A stretch of 64,000 bases of DNA from Spirochaetia bacterium (GCA_963668315.1 OY764216.1:4768001-4832000), one strand, 5' to 3'; counted from the first letter of the stretch, positions 40,539 to 50,856 are shown. Program-made: numbers and translations. Notes: generated by a model not told the origin, from the letters alone.

Positions 40539-40912
40539 ACTACTATTTTTCGGTATGTGCCGGTCAATATCAATCTTTATTTGAAAAAATACACCTTTCG
40601 GTCACAAAAGCCCCAGGCTGAAAGGGCAAAAATTACGCTGTTGAGGAGGAGATATGATTTAAGCCGGCAGGATGAGGAAGGACAAAATCATCGCCCGGCC
40701 TCTCCTCATTTTCTTCAATAGACACAACTGAATTCTTTATTGTTACACTTATTCACAATTTTTTTATAAAAAAAAAGAAAATTATTGTAATTTTTCTTAT
40801 ACGTGGTATATTGCTTCAGTCTTGGGTTCACAGAACCTTAACATTAGAGACATATATGAACTATGGTTCTTTATAAATGGTCTTAATTTTTATTTTTATA
40901 TAGGAGATTATT

Positions 40913-42601
40913 ATGAAAATGAAGAAAGCGATAATGCTTTTCCTCACAGTTCTTCTCACAGCCGCATTTTTTATGGGCTGTGAAGATGCCGCCGGTACGA
41001 CGACTTATACTTTAGCAGCCGATGACGGTTTTGGCCTGGTTAGCTCAACCCTTCCCTTTAACAGCAGTACCAGTGTAACAACATTTACGAGTGCTGTTGA
41101 TCCTGATTCCACAACTTTATTCTACGCTCCTACAAATCTTAGGTCCCTGGAAGACGGAGATGCCCCGGTTATTTCCTTCACCTTCAATGAGAATCTGAGA
41201 AGCAGCGCTCTTGAAGCAGTATTCAGAATTGATGAAGAAAATGGTGCGTACTCTTATGGAGATATCAATGAAGGTATTTTTTATTACACCAATGCCAGCG
41301 GAAGTGATTTGACCAGTACGGATGTGTCCGTTTCCGGTGCAACCGTATCTTTCACTTTCGATGCTGATACCTTTGATATCGATACTAACTATTTCGTAGA
41401 ATTCGGTGTTGTGTCCTCAAAAGGAGAGTACTATCAGGTTTTTACAGCATTTCAGCCCCAGGCGGATATTACCGCCCCGGTTGAGCTTAAAGCGGACTTT
41501 TCGGGATTTTTCTCCTATGCAGTAGACAGTACTGGTATCTATACTCTCGCATTGGCAACAGAAGAAACGCATACAGACGAAGCTCTTGACGCCGAAAAAG
41601 TTCTGGGTACAACTACGAATGATTACGCTGGAAAGGATTTCGGTACAGCGATCAATGACCTTTCAAAACGAGCCACCAACGATCCCGCCGATGACAGCGA
41701 TGTGAGAACCTATGATAACCTCCTGGAGGTATACACCAATGGTACTTATCTCGATTACATCCCCCTCACTGTAACCCATGATGATTATAAATATACGACA
41801 GAGTACAATTTCTTTTATGAAAACGAAGATGGATCATCATACGGTCCCTTAACAGCATTCAGCACAGGTTATGTCTACGAAGATGAAAACGCTGATGACT
41901 TAGTTAAGATCGGTGAAACTTATGAGGTCTATATCTATGATGATGGATGGAAGATCCAGGATGGAGACAAGATATACTGTACCCCTTCGAACAGCAGAGG
42001 TTATTTTGGTGATATGTCGGATGTCTATACATTTGACGATACGGTTCATCCCTTTAGAAAAGACGCTCTGACCATGAGTGACGACGCAGGCATGTCTTGG
42101 ACGGGAATAAACTACAATGTTCTTGACGATGAGCATGATACGGCTACAGCAGCAGCTGAAGGACACCTCAATGCCTGCGGTACCTGGAGTGTGACATCCC
42201 TTGACGGCTGGAATGATAGCGAAGATCATGAAGATTATGTATATGAGCTTACCGCCAGCAACATGTCAGTAGCCTATGATGGTACTACTGATGGAAAAAG
42301 AAAAGTTTGGACCGAAGCTGCTGTTAGAAAAGAACTGAGCCTTGCTGATGATGTAGCTCTTTTCAACAGCGACAACAGTTATGTTTGGTCTTACATGATT
42401 GGCAGTACTCTCTACGTCTATGCCGGTTTCGAATGTTACGATAATGGAACAAAGACCAGTTATGATTATTCCGGAGAAACCTGGGAGACAACTGGTAAAA
42501 TCACCGTTAAAGTAACCGACAAATCGGGAAACTCACTCTTTTACAGACATGGAACAACTAACGAATCAGACGGAATTCTTGAGAATATCACCCTCAACTA
42601 G
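40913..42601 (+). CDS. Large acidic, Thr/Asp/Tyr-rich hypothetical lipoprotein
   Basis: FFMGC lipobox; AGGAG SD; A/T-ending codons unlike its neighbours. Confidence 0.8.
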   Translation: MKMKKAIMLFLTVLLTAAFFMGCEDAAGTTTYTLAADDGFGLVSSTLPFNSSTSVTTFTSAVDPDSTTLFYAPTNLRSLEDGDAPVISFTFNENLRSSALEAVFRIDEENGAYSYGDINEGIFYYTNASGSDLTSTDVSVSGATVSFTFDADTFDIDTNYFVEFGVVSSKGEYYQVFTAFQPQADITAPVELKADFSGFFSYAVDSTGIYTLALATEETHTDEALDAEKVLGTTTNDYAGKDFGTAINDLSKRATNDPADDSDVRTYDNLLEVYTNGTYLDYIPLTVTHDDYKYTTEYNFFYENEDGSSYGPLTAFSTGYVYEDENADDLVKIGETYEVYIYDDGWKIQDGDKIYCTPSNSRGYFGDMSDVYTFDDTVHPFRKDALTMSDDAGMSWTGINYNVLDDEHDTATAAAEGHLNACGTWSVTSLDGWNDSEDHEDYVYELTASNMSVAYDGTTDGKRKVWTEAAVRKELSLADDVALFNSDNSYVWSYMIGSTLYVYAGFECYDNGTKTSYDYSGETWETTGKITVKVTDKSGNSLFYRHGTTNESDGILENITLN

Positions 42602-42624
42602 TCCTAACTCTTTCTAACAATTCC

Positions 42625-42652
42625 AGGGGCACCCTTCGGGGTGCCCCTTTCT
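42625..42652 (+). terminator. Intrinsic terminator
   Basis: AGGGGCACCC-TTCG-GGGTGCCCCT followed by a pyrimidine tract. Confidence 0.85.
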
Positions 42653-42694
42653 TCCCTCCTGACAAAAAAACAAAACCCCTGTATACTACCGGTA

Positions 42695-43660
42695 ATGAAC
42701 AGACCCCATATCGTCATTACGGACAATCTTTTTCCCCATAACAATGAGGAAATACAGGTTTTCTCTTCCTTTAATGCTGACATCACAATACTAAACAACG
42801 AAGATATTTTTACAATAAAAGAAATTACACGAACCGCCGATGCCCTCCTGGTCAACATGACCGAGATCGATAGGGATTTTATCTCTGTTTTGGAAAAATG
42901 CAAAATTATTTCCCGCTACGGCGTTGGTTATGATAATGTGGATGTGGACGCGGCTACGGAGAAGGGCATCTGGGTGGGTACGGTACCGGACTACTGCTAC
43001 GAGGAGGTGGCCGAACATACCACGGCGCTGCTCCTGGCCCTCTCCCGGGATATTCTCTCCCGGGACCGGGCGGTACGCTCGGGACAATGGCGTTCCAAGC
43101 CCCTGAAAAAGCTCAGGCCCTTAAGGGGATCAACCCTGGGGATCCTGGGTTACGGCCGGACGGGCCATGCTTTCCATCACCAGATTCGGGGATTCGGTTT
43201 CGGCCGGGTACTCCTTTACAGCCGCAACCTCCAAATAGGCGATGAGATAGGAGGGGCCGAAGCGGTTTCCTTCGAGGAGCTCATCGCCCGGTCCGATTAT
43301 CTTTCAGTCCACATACCTCTGGACGAATCAACCCGGCATCTGATTAACCGGGAGGTGATTTTTTCCATGAAGGAGGGAGCCCGCCTTATCAATACGGCCC
43401 GCGGGGGCATTGTGGACGAAAAGGCCCTGTATGATGCTCTGGTATCGGGTCATCTGGGCGGGGCGGCGGTTGATGTTCTGGAAGAGGAACCGCCCCGGAG
43501 TGACAATCCCCTGTTAAAGCTAGATAATATGGTTTTCACCGACCATGAGGCCTATTACTCGGAACACTCCATCGCGGCGTTGAAAAGAAAAACGGCCGAG
43601 AACGCCCTGGCCTGCCTGCGCGACGGCAAGCCGGTCTTTAGTGTTAATACAGTGAAATAG
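42695..43660 (+). CDS. D-2-hydroxyacid dehydrogenase (CtBP/SerA-like)
   Basis: RYGVGYDNVD, EEVAEH, GILGYG, LINTARG, DVLEEEP, H.AYYS. Confidence 0.92.
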   Translation: MNRPHIVITDNLFPHNNEEIQVFSSFNADITILNNEDIFTIKEITRTADALLVNMTEIDRDFISVLEKCKIISRYGVGYDNVDVDAATEKGIWVGTVPDYCYEEVAEHTTALLLALSRDILSRDRAVRSGQWRSKPLKKLRPLRGSTLGILGYGRTGHAFHHQIRGFGFGRVLLYSRNLQIGDEIGGAEAVSFEELIARSDYLSVHIPLDESTRHLINREVIFSMKEGARLINTARGGIVDEKALYDALVSGHLGGAAVDVLEEEPPRSDNPLLKLDNMVFTDHEAYYSEHSIAALKRKTAENALACLRDGKPVFSVNTVK

Positions 43661-43669
43661 GAATCCTTC

Positions 43670-44359
43670 TTATTGGCGGGGAACATCCAGACGGGATACA
43701 TCCTCCCCGAAGAGGTTGACCGCCACCCTGTCATTCAGGGGATCGGTGGTGCTCTCCCCGTTCACATAGTAACAGTAGTGATGTACCCCCCCGGCCAGGG
43801 AGAGGCTGATTTCGTAAACCCCGGGGGATGTCTCCTTCATGGGGAACATATAGGGATCCCAGTTATTGAAGTCTCCCGCCAGGTAGACCGTTTCCCCTTC
43901 CCTGCCCCAATAGCGGCAGGTCACCCTGTTATCCAGTCCTATCTGAGGACTAATCTTCTCATTGGCCCTCTCCTTTCCCACGGTGAAGCGGGAAAGTTCC
44001 ACCCCGTTGCTTCCGGGAATGCGCCCGGGACAGGAGGGATCGGTCATCCAGATGCCGTCCACAATCAGCCTGTAGTCGATGTTCTCCACATAGGGCCAGG
44101 GCAGAAGGAAAAAGAAGACCCCGTTGCTGTTCTTCTGATAGGTATGTATCTCCCGATAATCCTCATGGGCAAAGGCGATTCCCACATGCCTTACGGGCTC
44201 CCGGCTCTTATAGGTGAAGATAATCTGGTCAAAGTACACTTCCGGCGCATCGGCATCCTCCATCTGGATAATCCTCAAGTGAAGGCGATAGTCGTCAATA
44301 ACGGCGAAAAGAGATATAATGGGCATCAATAGGAGAACTAGGATTAGGGTTTTCTTCAT
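43670..44359 (-). CDS. Exported glycogen-binding (CBM48/AMPK-beta-like) protein
   Basis: Signal peptide; YRLIVDG.W..DP and LAGDFNNWDP...Y.Y.VNG....DP. Confidence 0.8.
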   Translation of the reverse strand: MKKTLILVLLLMPIISLFAVIDDYRLHLRIIQMEDADAPEVYFDQIIFTYKSREPVRHVGIAFAHEDYREIHTYQKNSNGVFFFLLPWPYVENIDYRLIVDGIWMTDPSCPGRIPGSNGVELSRFTVGKERANEKISPQIGLDNRVTCRYWGREGETVYLAGDFNNWDPYMFPMKETSPGVYEISLSLAGGVHHYCYYVNGESTTDPLNDRVAVNLFGEDVSRLDVPRQ

Positions 44360-44465
44360 GTTTTCTTTTCCTTATAGTAATTTTCGGTATAGAATGTTGT
44401 TGCTTTAGGATAGATTGCTAAGAAATTGCCCGGGGTTATCCGATATTGATATTAAAGGTTTATAA

Positions 44466-47447
44466 ATGCCCAGTATAGAAGCCGTCGACCGAATAAAAAA
44501 TGTGGTGAACTCATTAGGCAACGAAGCTGCCATCCTCCAGGAGAAAGGTGTCTCCCTGGAAGACGTCACCCCCCCCGAAGAGACGATTGACGCCGATCTG
44601 GAAGATCTTCTGAGTTCCGGTCCGGAGCTGGACGAAATGACCACCATGGATTCCCTCATAAGCAGCCTGGATGAGGAATCCCCCGAAGAAGACGATTTCT
44701 CCCTCGATGATCTGACCCTGACCGAAAGTCCCGATGACGACCTCTCCCTTCTGGATGAGCCTCTTGATCTGCCTCTGGATGATCTTCCCGAAATATCCGG
44801 CGAGGCCGGCCTGGAGGATCTGGACAGTCTGGAAGCCCCCCTTGATTTCTCCGAGGAACTGGCCGATCTGGACTTTTCTATGGAGGAGCCCTCCGAAGAG
44901 CAGGAAGAACAGGCCGATGGAGGAGAAGAATTCCCGGGGGAACCTCTGGAGGATCTGGAAGAACTGGGCGATCTTGATGACTTAAGCGACCTGGCTGAGC
45001 TCGAAGAGCTTTCCCTTGACGGGGAAGATCTATCCGAGCCCCTCCCGGAAGAGTCAATCGATCTGGATGAGGATTTCCCCGATGCCGGTACGGCCCTGGA
45101 AGACCTGGCCCTGGGCCTTGAAGAGGACGACACCGGGAACGACGACTCCCTGATGGGAGAGGAAATCGTCCTCGATGAAGATTTCGGTCTGAGTGAAATT
45201 GACGATGATTTTCTCGATGATATGGATGAATCCGATGAGAACCAGTTCTCCCTGGATGATCTGGGAGCGGAGTATAATTTTTCCGACGAGGGAAGCGATC
45301 TTTCCGCCGAGCTGGGGCTGGATCTTGATGAACTGGAAAAAAATATTGATCAGACGGTGGGAGACGAGGCCGCCAAGAATTTTGAGCTGACCGATGAGGA
45401 GCTGGAAAAACTGGAAGCGGCTCTCTATTTTCTGCCCCTGAACCTGAAAATCGCCATTCAGGACTTCTTCAGCGACGAAACAACTCCCGTTGATCAGCTC
45501 AATAAAATGACCTCCATGCTGCTCTCCGGAGCCTCGGTTAAAAACCTGGCCAATTCCTACCGGAAATACACGGGTAAAAAAATCGAGATTCCCCTGGGTT
45601 ATGAAAAGAAAAGCGGAGAGGATTTCGCCCGGGAAAGAGCCAGCCTGATAACCTTCGTCAAAGAGAAAGTCGCTCCCCGCATTTTGCTGGGACTGGGTTC
45701 GTTCTTTGCTGTCTGGTTTCTCTTCATTACCCTCTTCAACTTTGTGTACCGTCCCCTTAAAGCGGAATCGCTCTACACCAGGGGGATGAAAGAGATCGGA
45801 GAGGACAGCTATGCCGCCGGGGAGGAATACTTCAACGAAGCTTTCTTCGGCTGGGATATCGGCACCTTCCAGGTAAGGGGAGTTCCCCGGCAGGATAAGT
45901 TTTTTGTCTATGCCGATGAATACATTAAAAGGCGGAATTACCTTGGTGCCGAAGAGAAATATCAGCAGCTTCTCCAAGCCTACCCGGCAAATGAAAAGGG
46001 AAGAATTGCCTACGGCCGTCTCCTGAGCGAAAGGCTTGTACGTTACAGGGACGCCGAATATATCCTTAAGATTGCCGATCCCCTCATGCTGGCCGAAGCC
46101 TCCTCGGGCGATCTTCCCTACGAAGAGATCCCCCTGGAGGAGATCACTGAAATCAATAATGTGGATCAGCTGATCCTCCTGGGCGACAACTATCTGGCCT
46201 GGGCCGAAGAGGAACCGGATAAATTCGAAGAAGCCCGCTATATCTATGCGACACTCCTCAAGGAAAAGAGGGGCGGCAATACGGACGAAGTGCTACTGCG
46301 CATGTTCCGCTATCACCTCAGGCGGAACAACGGAGAAGAGATTGACAGACTTATGTCGGTCTATAAGGACAAGGAGAAAATCTCGGCCGATCCCACTCTG
46401 CAGGCACGGGTCTTCTCCGAACTGGCGGGCTGGCTTATCGATAACGGCCGTCCCCTGGAATCGCGGGATTTTATCCTTAAGGCGGAGGAAGCGGATAAAA
46501 CCGTACCCGGCTCCCACTACCAGTACGCCCGTTTTTTCCATCAGACCTACAACCGGGAGGGAGAAAAGAATGCCCTTACCAATGCCCTGGGATATCTGGA
46601 CCGCATGCCCGAAATGGACAAAGAGCATATATTCATGCAGATCGATTCCTACCGCCGGCTGGGGAATCTGACCCTCTATGTGGGGGATTATGAAAAAGCG
46701 GAACAGCAATATCTCACGGCTCTGGAGATCTACGAAAACAGTCACAGACTCAATCTGATAGGAACTTCCCCCGAAATAGGAGCCCTCTACGGAGAACTGG
46801 GAAATCTCAATTACGACCATTTCGGTGACTACTCAAAAGCCCTGGAGTACTTCGAGCTGGCCAAGGCCAATATGGGAGACACACCGGAGATTTCCTATAA
46901 GGAAGGCTTCATCCAGTACAATATGAATAAGGACTATCCCCGGGCGCTTCTGGAGTTTTACCGGGTATCCCGCTACTATCCGGAAAGCCGCAATCTTCTT
47001 CTGGCCATGGGAAACTCCCTGTTGAAGAGGGAGGATTATTACGGGGCTGTCAGTCAGTACGAGCAGCTGTTAAGCCTTTTGAAGGTGGAAGAGAGTAATA
47101 AGAAAGTGCTACTTCCCGATGAAAGGGAAGAGGAATGGGCTCTGATTGAGTATCTGATAATGACTTATAACAATCTGGGGGTGGCCCAGGAGGGAGTTTC
47201 CCGGAAAACTCCCAACCGCTTTATGGAAAACCAGGCTCTCAACTCCTTTACGGTCTCCTCGGAATACTTTGACAAGCTCCTTCGCAACCGCTCTACCAGC
47301 CAGAGAACGGAAATTTCCGACCGGGCCGGGGATAACCGGCAGCTGATCCTGGGGGGAGCCGAAGGAGGAGAGCTTAGCCTTTACGACGACATTCTCCCCC
47401 ATCTGGACGACATCCCCCGCTTCTACCGGGATAAACTGCAGGAATAG
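44466..47447 (+). CDS. flcA: Flagellar collar protein FlcA-like (acidic N-terminus, TM, TPRs)
   Basis: Asp/Glu/Leu low-complexity N-terminus, PLNLKIAI, single TM, TPR-rich C-terminus with YNNLGVA. Confidence 0.75.
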   Translation: MPSIEAVDRIKNVVNSLGNEAAILQEKGVSLEDVTPPEETIDADLEDLLSSGPELDEMTTMDSLISSLDEESPEEDDFSLDDLTLTESPDDDLSLLDEPLDLPLDDLPEISGEAGLEDLDSLEAPLDFSEELADLDFSMEEPSEEQEEQADGGEEFPGEPLEDLEELGDLDDLSDLAELEELSLDGEDLSEPLPEESIDLDEDFPDAGTALEDLALGLEEDDTGNDDSLMGEEIVLDEDFGLSEIDDDFLDDMDESDENQFSLDDLGAEYNFSDEGSDLSAELGLDLDELEKNIDQTVGDEAAKNFELTDEELEKLEAALYFLPLNLKIAIQDFFSDETTPVDQLNKMTSMLLSGASVKNLANSYRKYTGKKIEIPLGYEKKSGEDFARERASLITFVKEKVAPRILLGLGSFFAVWFLFITLFNFVYRPLKAESLYTRGMKEIGEDSYAAGEEYFNEAFFGWDIGTFQVRGVPRQDKFFVYADEYIKRRNYLGAEEKYQQLLQAYPANEKGRIAYGRLLSERLVRYRDAEYILKIADPLMLAEASSGDLPYEEIPLEEITEINNVDQLILLGDNYLAWAEEEPDKFEEARYIYATLLKEKRGGNTDEVLLRMFRYHLRRNNGEEIDRLMSVYKDKEKISADPTLQARVFSELAGWLIDNGRPLESRDFILKAEEADKTVPGSHYQYARFFHQTYNREGEKNALTNALGYLDRMPEMDKEHIFMQIDSYRRLGNLTLYVGDYEKAEQQYLTALEIYENSHRLNLIGTSPEIGALYGELGNLNYDHFGDYSKALEYFELAKANMGDTPEISYKEGFIQYNMNKDYPRALLEFYRVSRYYPESRNLLLAMGNSLLKREDYYGAVSQYEQLLSLLKVEESNKKVLLPDEREEEWALIEYLIMTYNNLGVAQEGVSRKTPNRFMENQALNSFTVSSEYFDKLLRNRSTSQRTEISDRAGDNRQLILGGAEGGELSLYDDILPHLDDIPRFYRDKLQE

Positions 47448-47451
47448 CCTT

Positions 47452-48540
47452 TTAGGAGATACTCCACATCCAGTTGTAACGGTCCTCAATGGCTCCGTAC
47501 TGGATTCCCTTGAGCTCGATAAGAAGAGATTCGGAAACCTCTCCCGTACCTTTTTCATTAAAAACTTTTTTCTTGCCCATATGGGTCAGGCTGTTTATGG
47601 GCGTGAGACCCGCTGCCGTACCGGAAACAAAGCACTCTTTTCCTTCGGCGAATACCTCTTCCACGGAAAGTTTTCTCTCCTCGGTTTTGATATTCCTGTC
47701 GGCGGCCAGCTGCAGTATGGACTTTCTGGTAATACCGGGCAGAATGGTGTCGCCCAGTTCGGGAGTCACCAGAGTTCCGTCTTTCATGAGACAGAAGAAA
47801 TTACAGGAGGAACCTTCCTCAATATAGCGATGCTCCTCGGCATCAAGGAATATGGCTTCCATATATCCTTCGCCCATGGCTCTTTTCTTGGCCAGGGTGG
47901 AGATGACGTAATTGGCGTCGCATTTGATCCAGCCCGTACCGTTTTTGGTGGCCCGTATCATATCGGACGTAACGGCGGCATTGCTTTCACCCTCTTCGAA
48001 ATAGGCGCCCACCGGTGTAGCCACGATTACAACCCAGGGGAAATGGGACAGATTAACGCCGATACCCGGCTCGGAGTAGGTAAAAGGACGGACATAAAGG
48101 GCATGGCCTGAGAGATAGTTGTCCTTTTCCCAGGCGGGATCATATTTTACGGCGAAGCCCGATTCGGCATTCTTTCTGACCATCATGAGAGTAGCCTGAA
48201 TAAAGCGGTCCACTTCAATGGGAGGCATCATGAGGCCTTCCATGGATTTGTTCATTCTTTTCGCATTTTCATCGGGACGGAACAGTTTGATTCCCCCGTT
48301 CTTCTGGGGAAAGGCCTTCAGACCTTCGAAACAGCCCATACCGTACTGGGTGGTATAATTCACCAGAGGCATCTGGGGGAAACTGTTTCTCGAAGCTAGC
48401 AGCTCATTTCTGGATTTTTCATCCATTTTAAGCTCGTCTTCATAGGTACCGTGTTCTTTTTCGATAAAGGACTCTTCCCAGGATTCACCCGTAAATTTTG
48501 CCGTATAGACATGGGGAAACATTTCTAGAGTAAATGCCAT
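47452..48540 (-). CDS. ilvE: Branched-chain amino acid aminotransferase (fold IV)
   Basis: YG..CFEGLKAF, LFRP, LYVRP, K...NY, EEG...NFF, ILPGITR, GTAA. Confidence 0.92.
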   Translation of the reverse strand: MAFTLEMFPHVYTAKFTGESWEESFIEKEHGTYEDELKMDEKSRNELLASRNSFPQMPLVNYTTQYGMGCFEGLKAFPQKNGGIKLFRPDENAKRMNKSMEGLMMPPIEVDRFIQATLMMVRKNAESGFAVKYDPAWEKDNYLSGHALYVRPFTYSEPGIGVNLSHFPWVVIVATPVGAYFEEGESNAAVTSDMIRATKNGTGWIKCDANYVISTLAKKRAMGEGYMEAIFLDAEEHRYIEEGSSCNFFCLMKDGTLVTPELGDTILPGITRKSILQLAADRNIKTEERKLSVEEVFAEGKECFVSGTAAGLTPINSLTHMGKKKVFNEKGTGEVSESLLIELKGIQYGAIEDRYNWMWSIS

Positions 48541-48773
48541 AACAATCTCCTAATTATGATCCGGCAGATGAATAGCAATGAGATGAGTCTGTCAGACCGA
48601 AAATACTAAAAAATATAGTTAATTTTGTTCTCTTTCTCCTCTTTTGTCAATTCCCGGGGTCCCTTATCTTTATGCCTGAAATGCCTATATTGCGTTATAT
48701 GCATCACATCGTTGCACTTATTATAATAGGGAATTATACTTAATAAGGGAATCTCCCCCAGAGGAGGCATATC

Positions 48774-49778
48774 ATGGATTTTCAGAATGAACTCCGCCGC
48801 CGGGCCCGCCAGTCTCCCCGAACCATAATACTGCCGGAAACGGAGGATATACGCATTCTCAAAGGGGCTGCCCTTGCCCTGAGGGAACGCACAGCGCGCA
48901 TTATTCTGCTGGGCGAAAGGGAGAGAATCAGAAAAAAAGCCGATGAAGAGGACATAGACCTGAACGGGGCTCTGATCAGGGATATACGGAACGACCCCGA
49001 CAGGGAAAGATTTGCCGAAAAACTGGCCGAGCTGCGGTCCCATCGGGGCATGACTTTGTCCGAAGCGAGAGAAAAAGTCTCCGTTCCTCTGTGGTTCGGC
49101 GCTCTGGCCGTGTATTTCGGACAGGCCGACGGGATGGTGGCGGGGGCTTCCACGTCCAGCGCCGATGTATTCCACGCCGCCCTTCAGGTCATCGGACCGG
49201 CACCCGGAACCGAAGTCGTTTCGGTCGCCGGTTTTATGGAGATTCCCCGCTGCACGATGGGAGAAGAGGGGCTTTTCCTTTTTGCCGACTGCGTGGTGGT
49301 GGAGGATCCCACCGCCTCCCAGATGGCTTCCATCGCTCTCTCCGCCGCCCGGACATGGGAAACCCTGGTGGCAACTCCCCCCCGGGTAGCTCTCCTCTCC
49401 TACTCCACCAAGGGAAGCGCCCGAAGCCCCATGACGGAAAAAGTACGGATGGCGGCCCGGCTGGTGCGGGAAAGACGCCCCTCCCTCACATCCGACGGCG
49501 AGCTTCAGTTCGATACGGCGGTGGTGCCCGAAGTGGCCCGGATCAAAGCTCCGGAAAGTCCCGTCCAGGGCAGGGCCAATATCCTGATTTTCCCCGATCT
49601 TACCAGCGCCAACAGCAATTTCAAAAATGCCGAAAGACTGGGGGGAGGCTTTTTCCGGGCTTCCGTCGTCCAGGGACTGGCCCGACCGATAAATGACCTT
49701 TCACGGGGAACCACGGCGGAGACGGTGGCCGATACCATTGCCGTAACCGTGCTCCAGGCGGCGGCCCATGACGCTTAA
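48774..49778 (+). CDS. pta: Phosphate acyltransferase (Pta family)
   Basis: ADGMVAG, FADC, ALLSYST.GS, DGELQFD, LIFPDL, NDLSRG. Confidence 0.88.
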   Translation: MDFQNELRRRARQSPRTIILPETEDIRILKGAALALRERTARIILLGERERIRKKADEEDIDLNGALIRDIRNDPDRERFAEKLAELRSHRGMTLSEAREKVSVPLWFGALAVYFGQADGMVAGASTSSADVFHAALQVIGPAPGTEVVSVAGFMEIPRCTMGEEGLFLFADCVVVEDPTASQMASIALSAARTWETLVATPPRVALLSYSTKGSARSPMTEKVRMAARLVRERRPSLTSDGELQFDTAVVPEVARIKAPESPVQGRANILIFPDLTSANSNFKNAERLGGGFFRASVVQGLARPINDLSRGTTAETVADTIAVTVLQAAAHDA

Positions 49779-50856
49779 TGAGGGGATTCTGGCCATCGAT
49801 CCGGGTTCAACGACGACGAAATTCGCCCTTTTTGACGGGGAGAGGGAGATCCTCCGCAAAAATCTCTGCCACGGGGAGGAGGAGCTGAATCCGCGGGTGC
49901 AGAAACAGCTCTCCCTGAGGCTGAACGCCGTAAAAGAGGCTCTCCGCGAAGCCGGTGTCGGTCCGTCAGACTTGAGTATGATTGCCGCCCGGGGAGGCTT
50001 TCTCCCTCCCATTAATGCGGGGGCCTATCGCATAGACCTGGAGATGGTGGAACATCTGTCCCGCTCGGATATCGGCGAACACGCCTCCAATCTGGCCGCT
50101 CAGATTGCGTTCCTACTCTCCGGCGAAAGAACGCCCCCGGTTCCTGCGATTATCTATGACGGGATAACCACCGACCAGCTTGACGTTCTGGCCCGCTACT
50201 CCGGATCGGCCCTGATAAGCCGATCCAGCCTCTGCCACTGCCTGAATATGCGCGCCGTGGCCATGAAAACCGCCGGCGACCTGGGCAGGACCTACGGAGA
50301 CGTTAATTTGATAGTGGCCCATCTGGGGGGAGGCATAACCCTCTCCCTCCATGGGGGAGGACGGATAATCGATATAATATCCGATGACGAGGGCCCCATG
50401 TCACCGGAGCGCTCCGGCCGCGTTCCCTGTCTCAAACTGATTAAGCTGTGCTATTCCGGCGAGTACAACCTCCGCCAGATGCAGAAAGCCATCAGGGGAG
50501 AGGGAGGGCTGAAGTCCTATCTGGGAACCCACGATATCCGGGAGATTCTCACAAGAATAGAGGAAGGAGACGGCTATGCCGAAGAGGTGATCAGGGCCAT
50601 GGTTCTGCAGATCGCCAAGGGGGTGGGAGAACTGTCCGTTGTGACGAACGGAAGGATTGACGGCATAATCATTACCGGGGGCATCGCCCATTCGGATCTG
50701 ATCGTCTCCTGGCTGAGAAAGAGAATTGAATTCATCGCCCCCGTAACCGTCATCCCCGGAGAGTTTGAACTGGAAGCCCTGGCGGCCGGAGCCCTTCGGG
50801 TTCTCCACCGGGAAGAACCGATTCAGACCCTGTCCTGGAAGAGTTCCCCGCTCTGA
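49768..50856 (+). CDS. buk: Butyrate / branched-chain carboxylate kinase
   Basis: AIDPGSTTTK, ARGG, EHASNL, AHLGGG, EGPMSPERSG, TGGIA, PGE.E..AL. Confidence 0.92.
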   Translation: MTLNEGILAIDPGSTTTKFALFDGEREILRKNLCHGEEELNPRVQKQLSLRLNAVKEALREAGVGPSDLSMIAARGGFLPPINAGAYRIDLEMVEHLSRSDIGEHASNLAAQIAFLLSGERTPPVPAIIYDGITTDQLDVLARYSGSALISRSSLCHCLNMRAVAMKTAGDLGRTYGDVNLIVAHLGGGITLSLHGGGRIIDIISDDEGPMSPERSGRVPCLKLIKLCYSGEYNLRQMQKAIRGEGGLKSYLGTHDIREILTRIEEGDGYAEEVIRAMVLQIAKGVGELSVVTNGRIDGIIITGGIAHSDLIVSWLRKRIEFIAPVTVIPGEFELEALAAGALRVLHREEPIQTLSWKSSPL

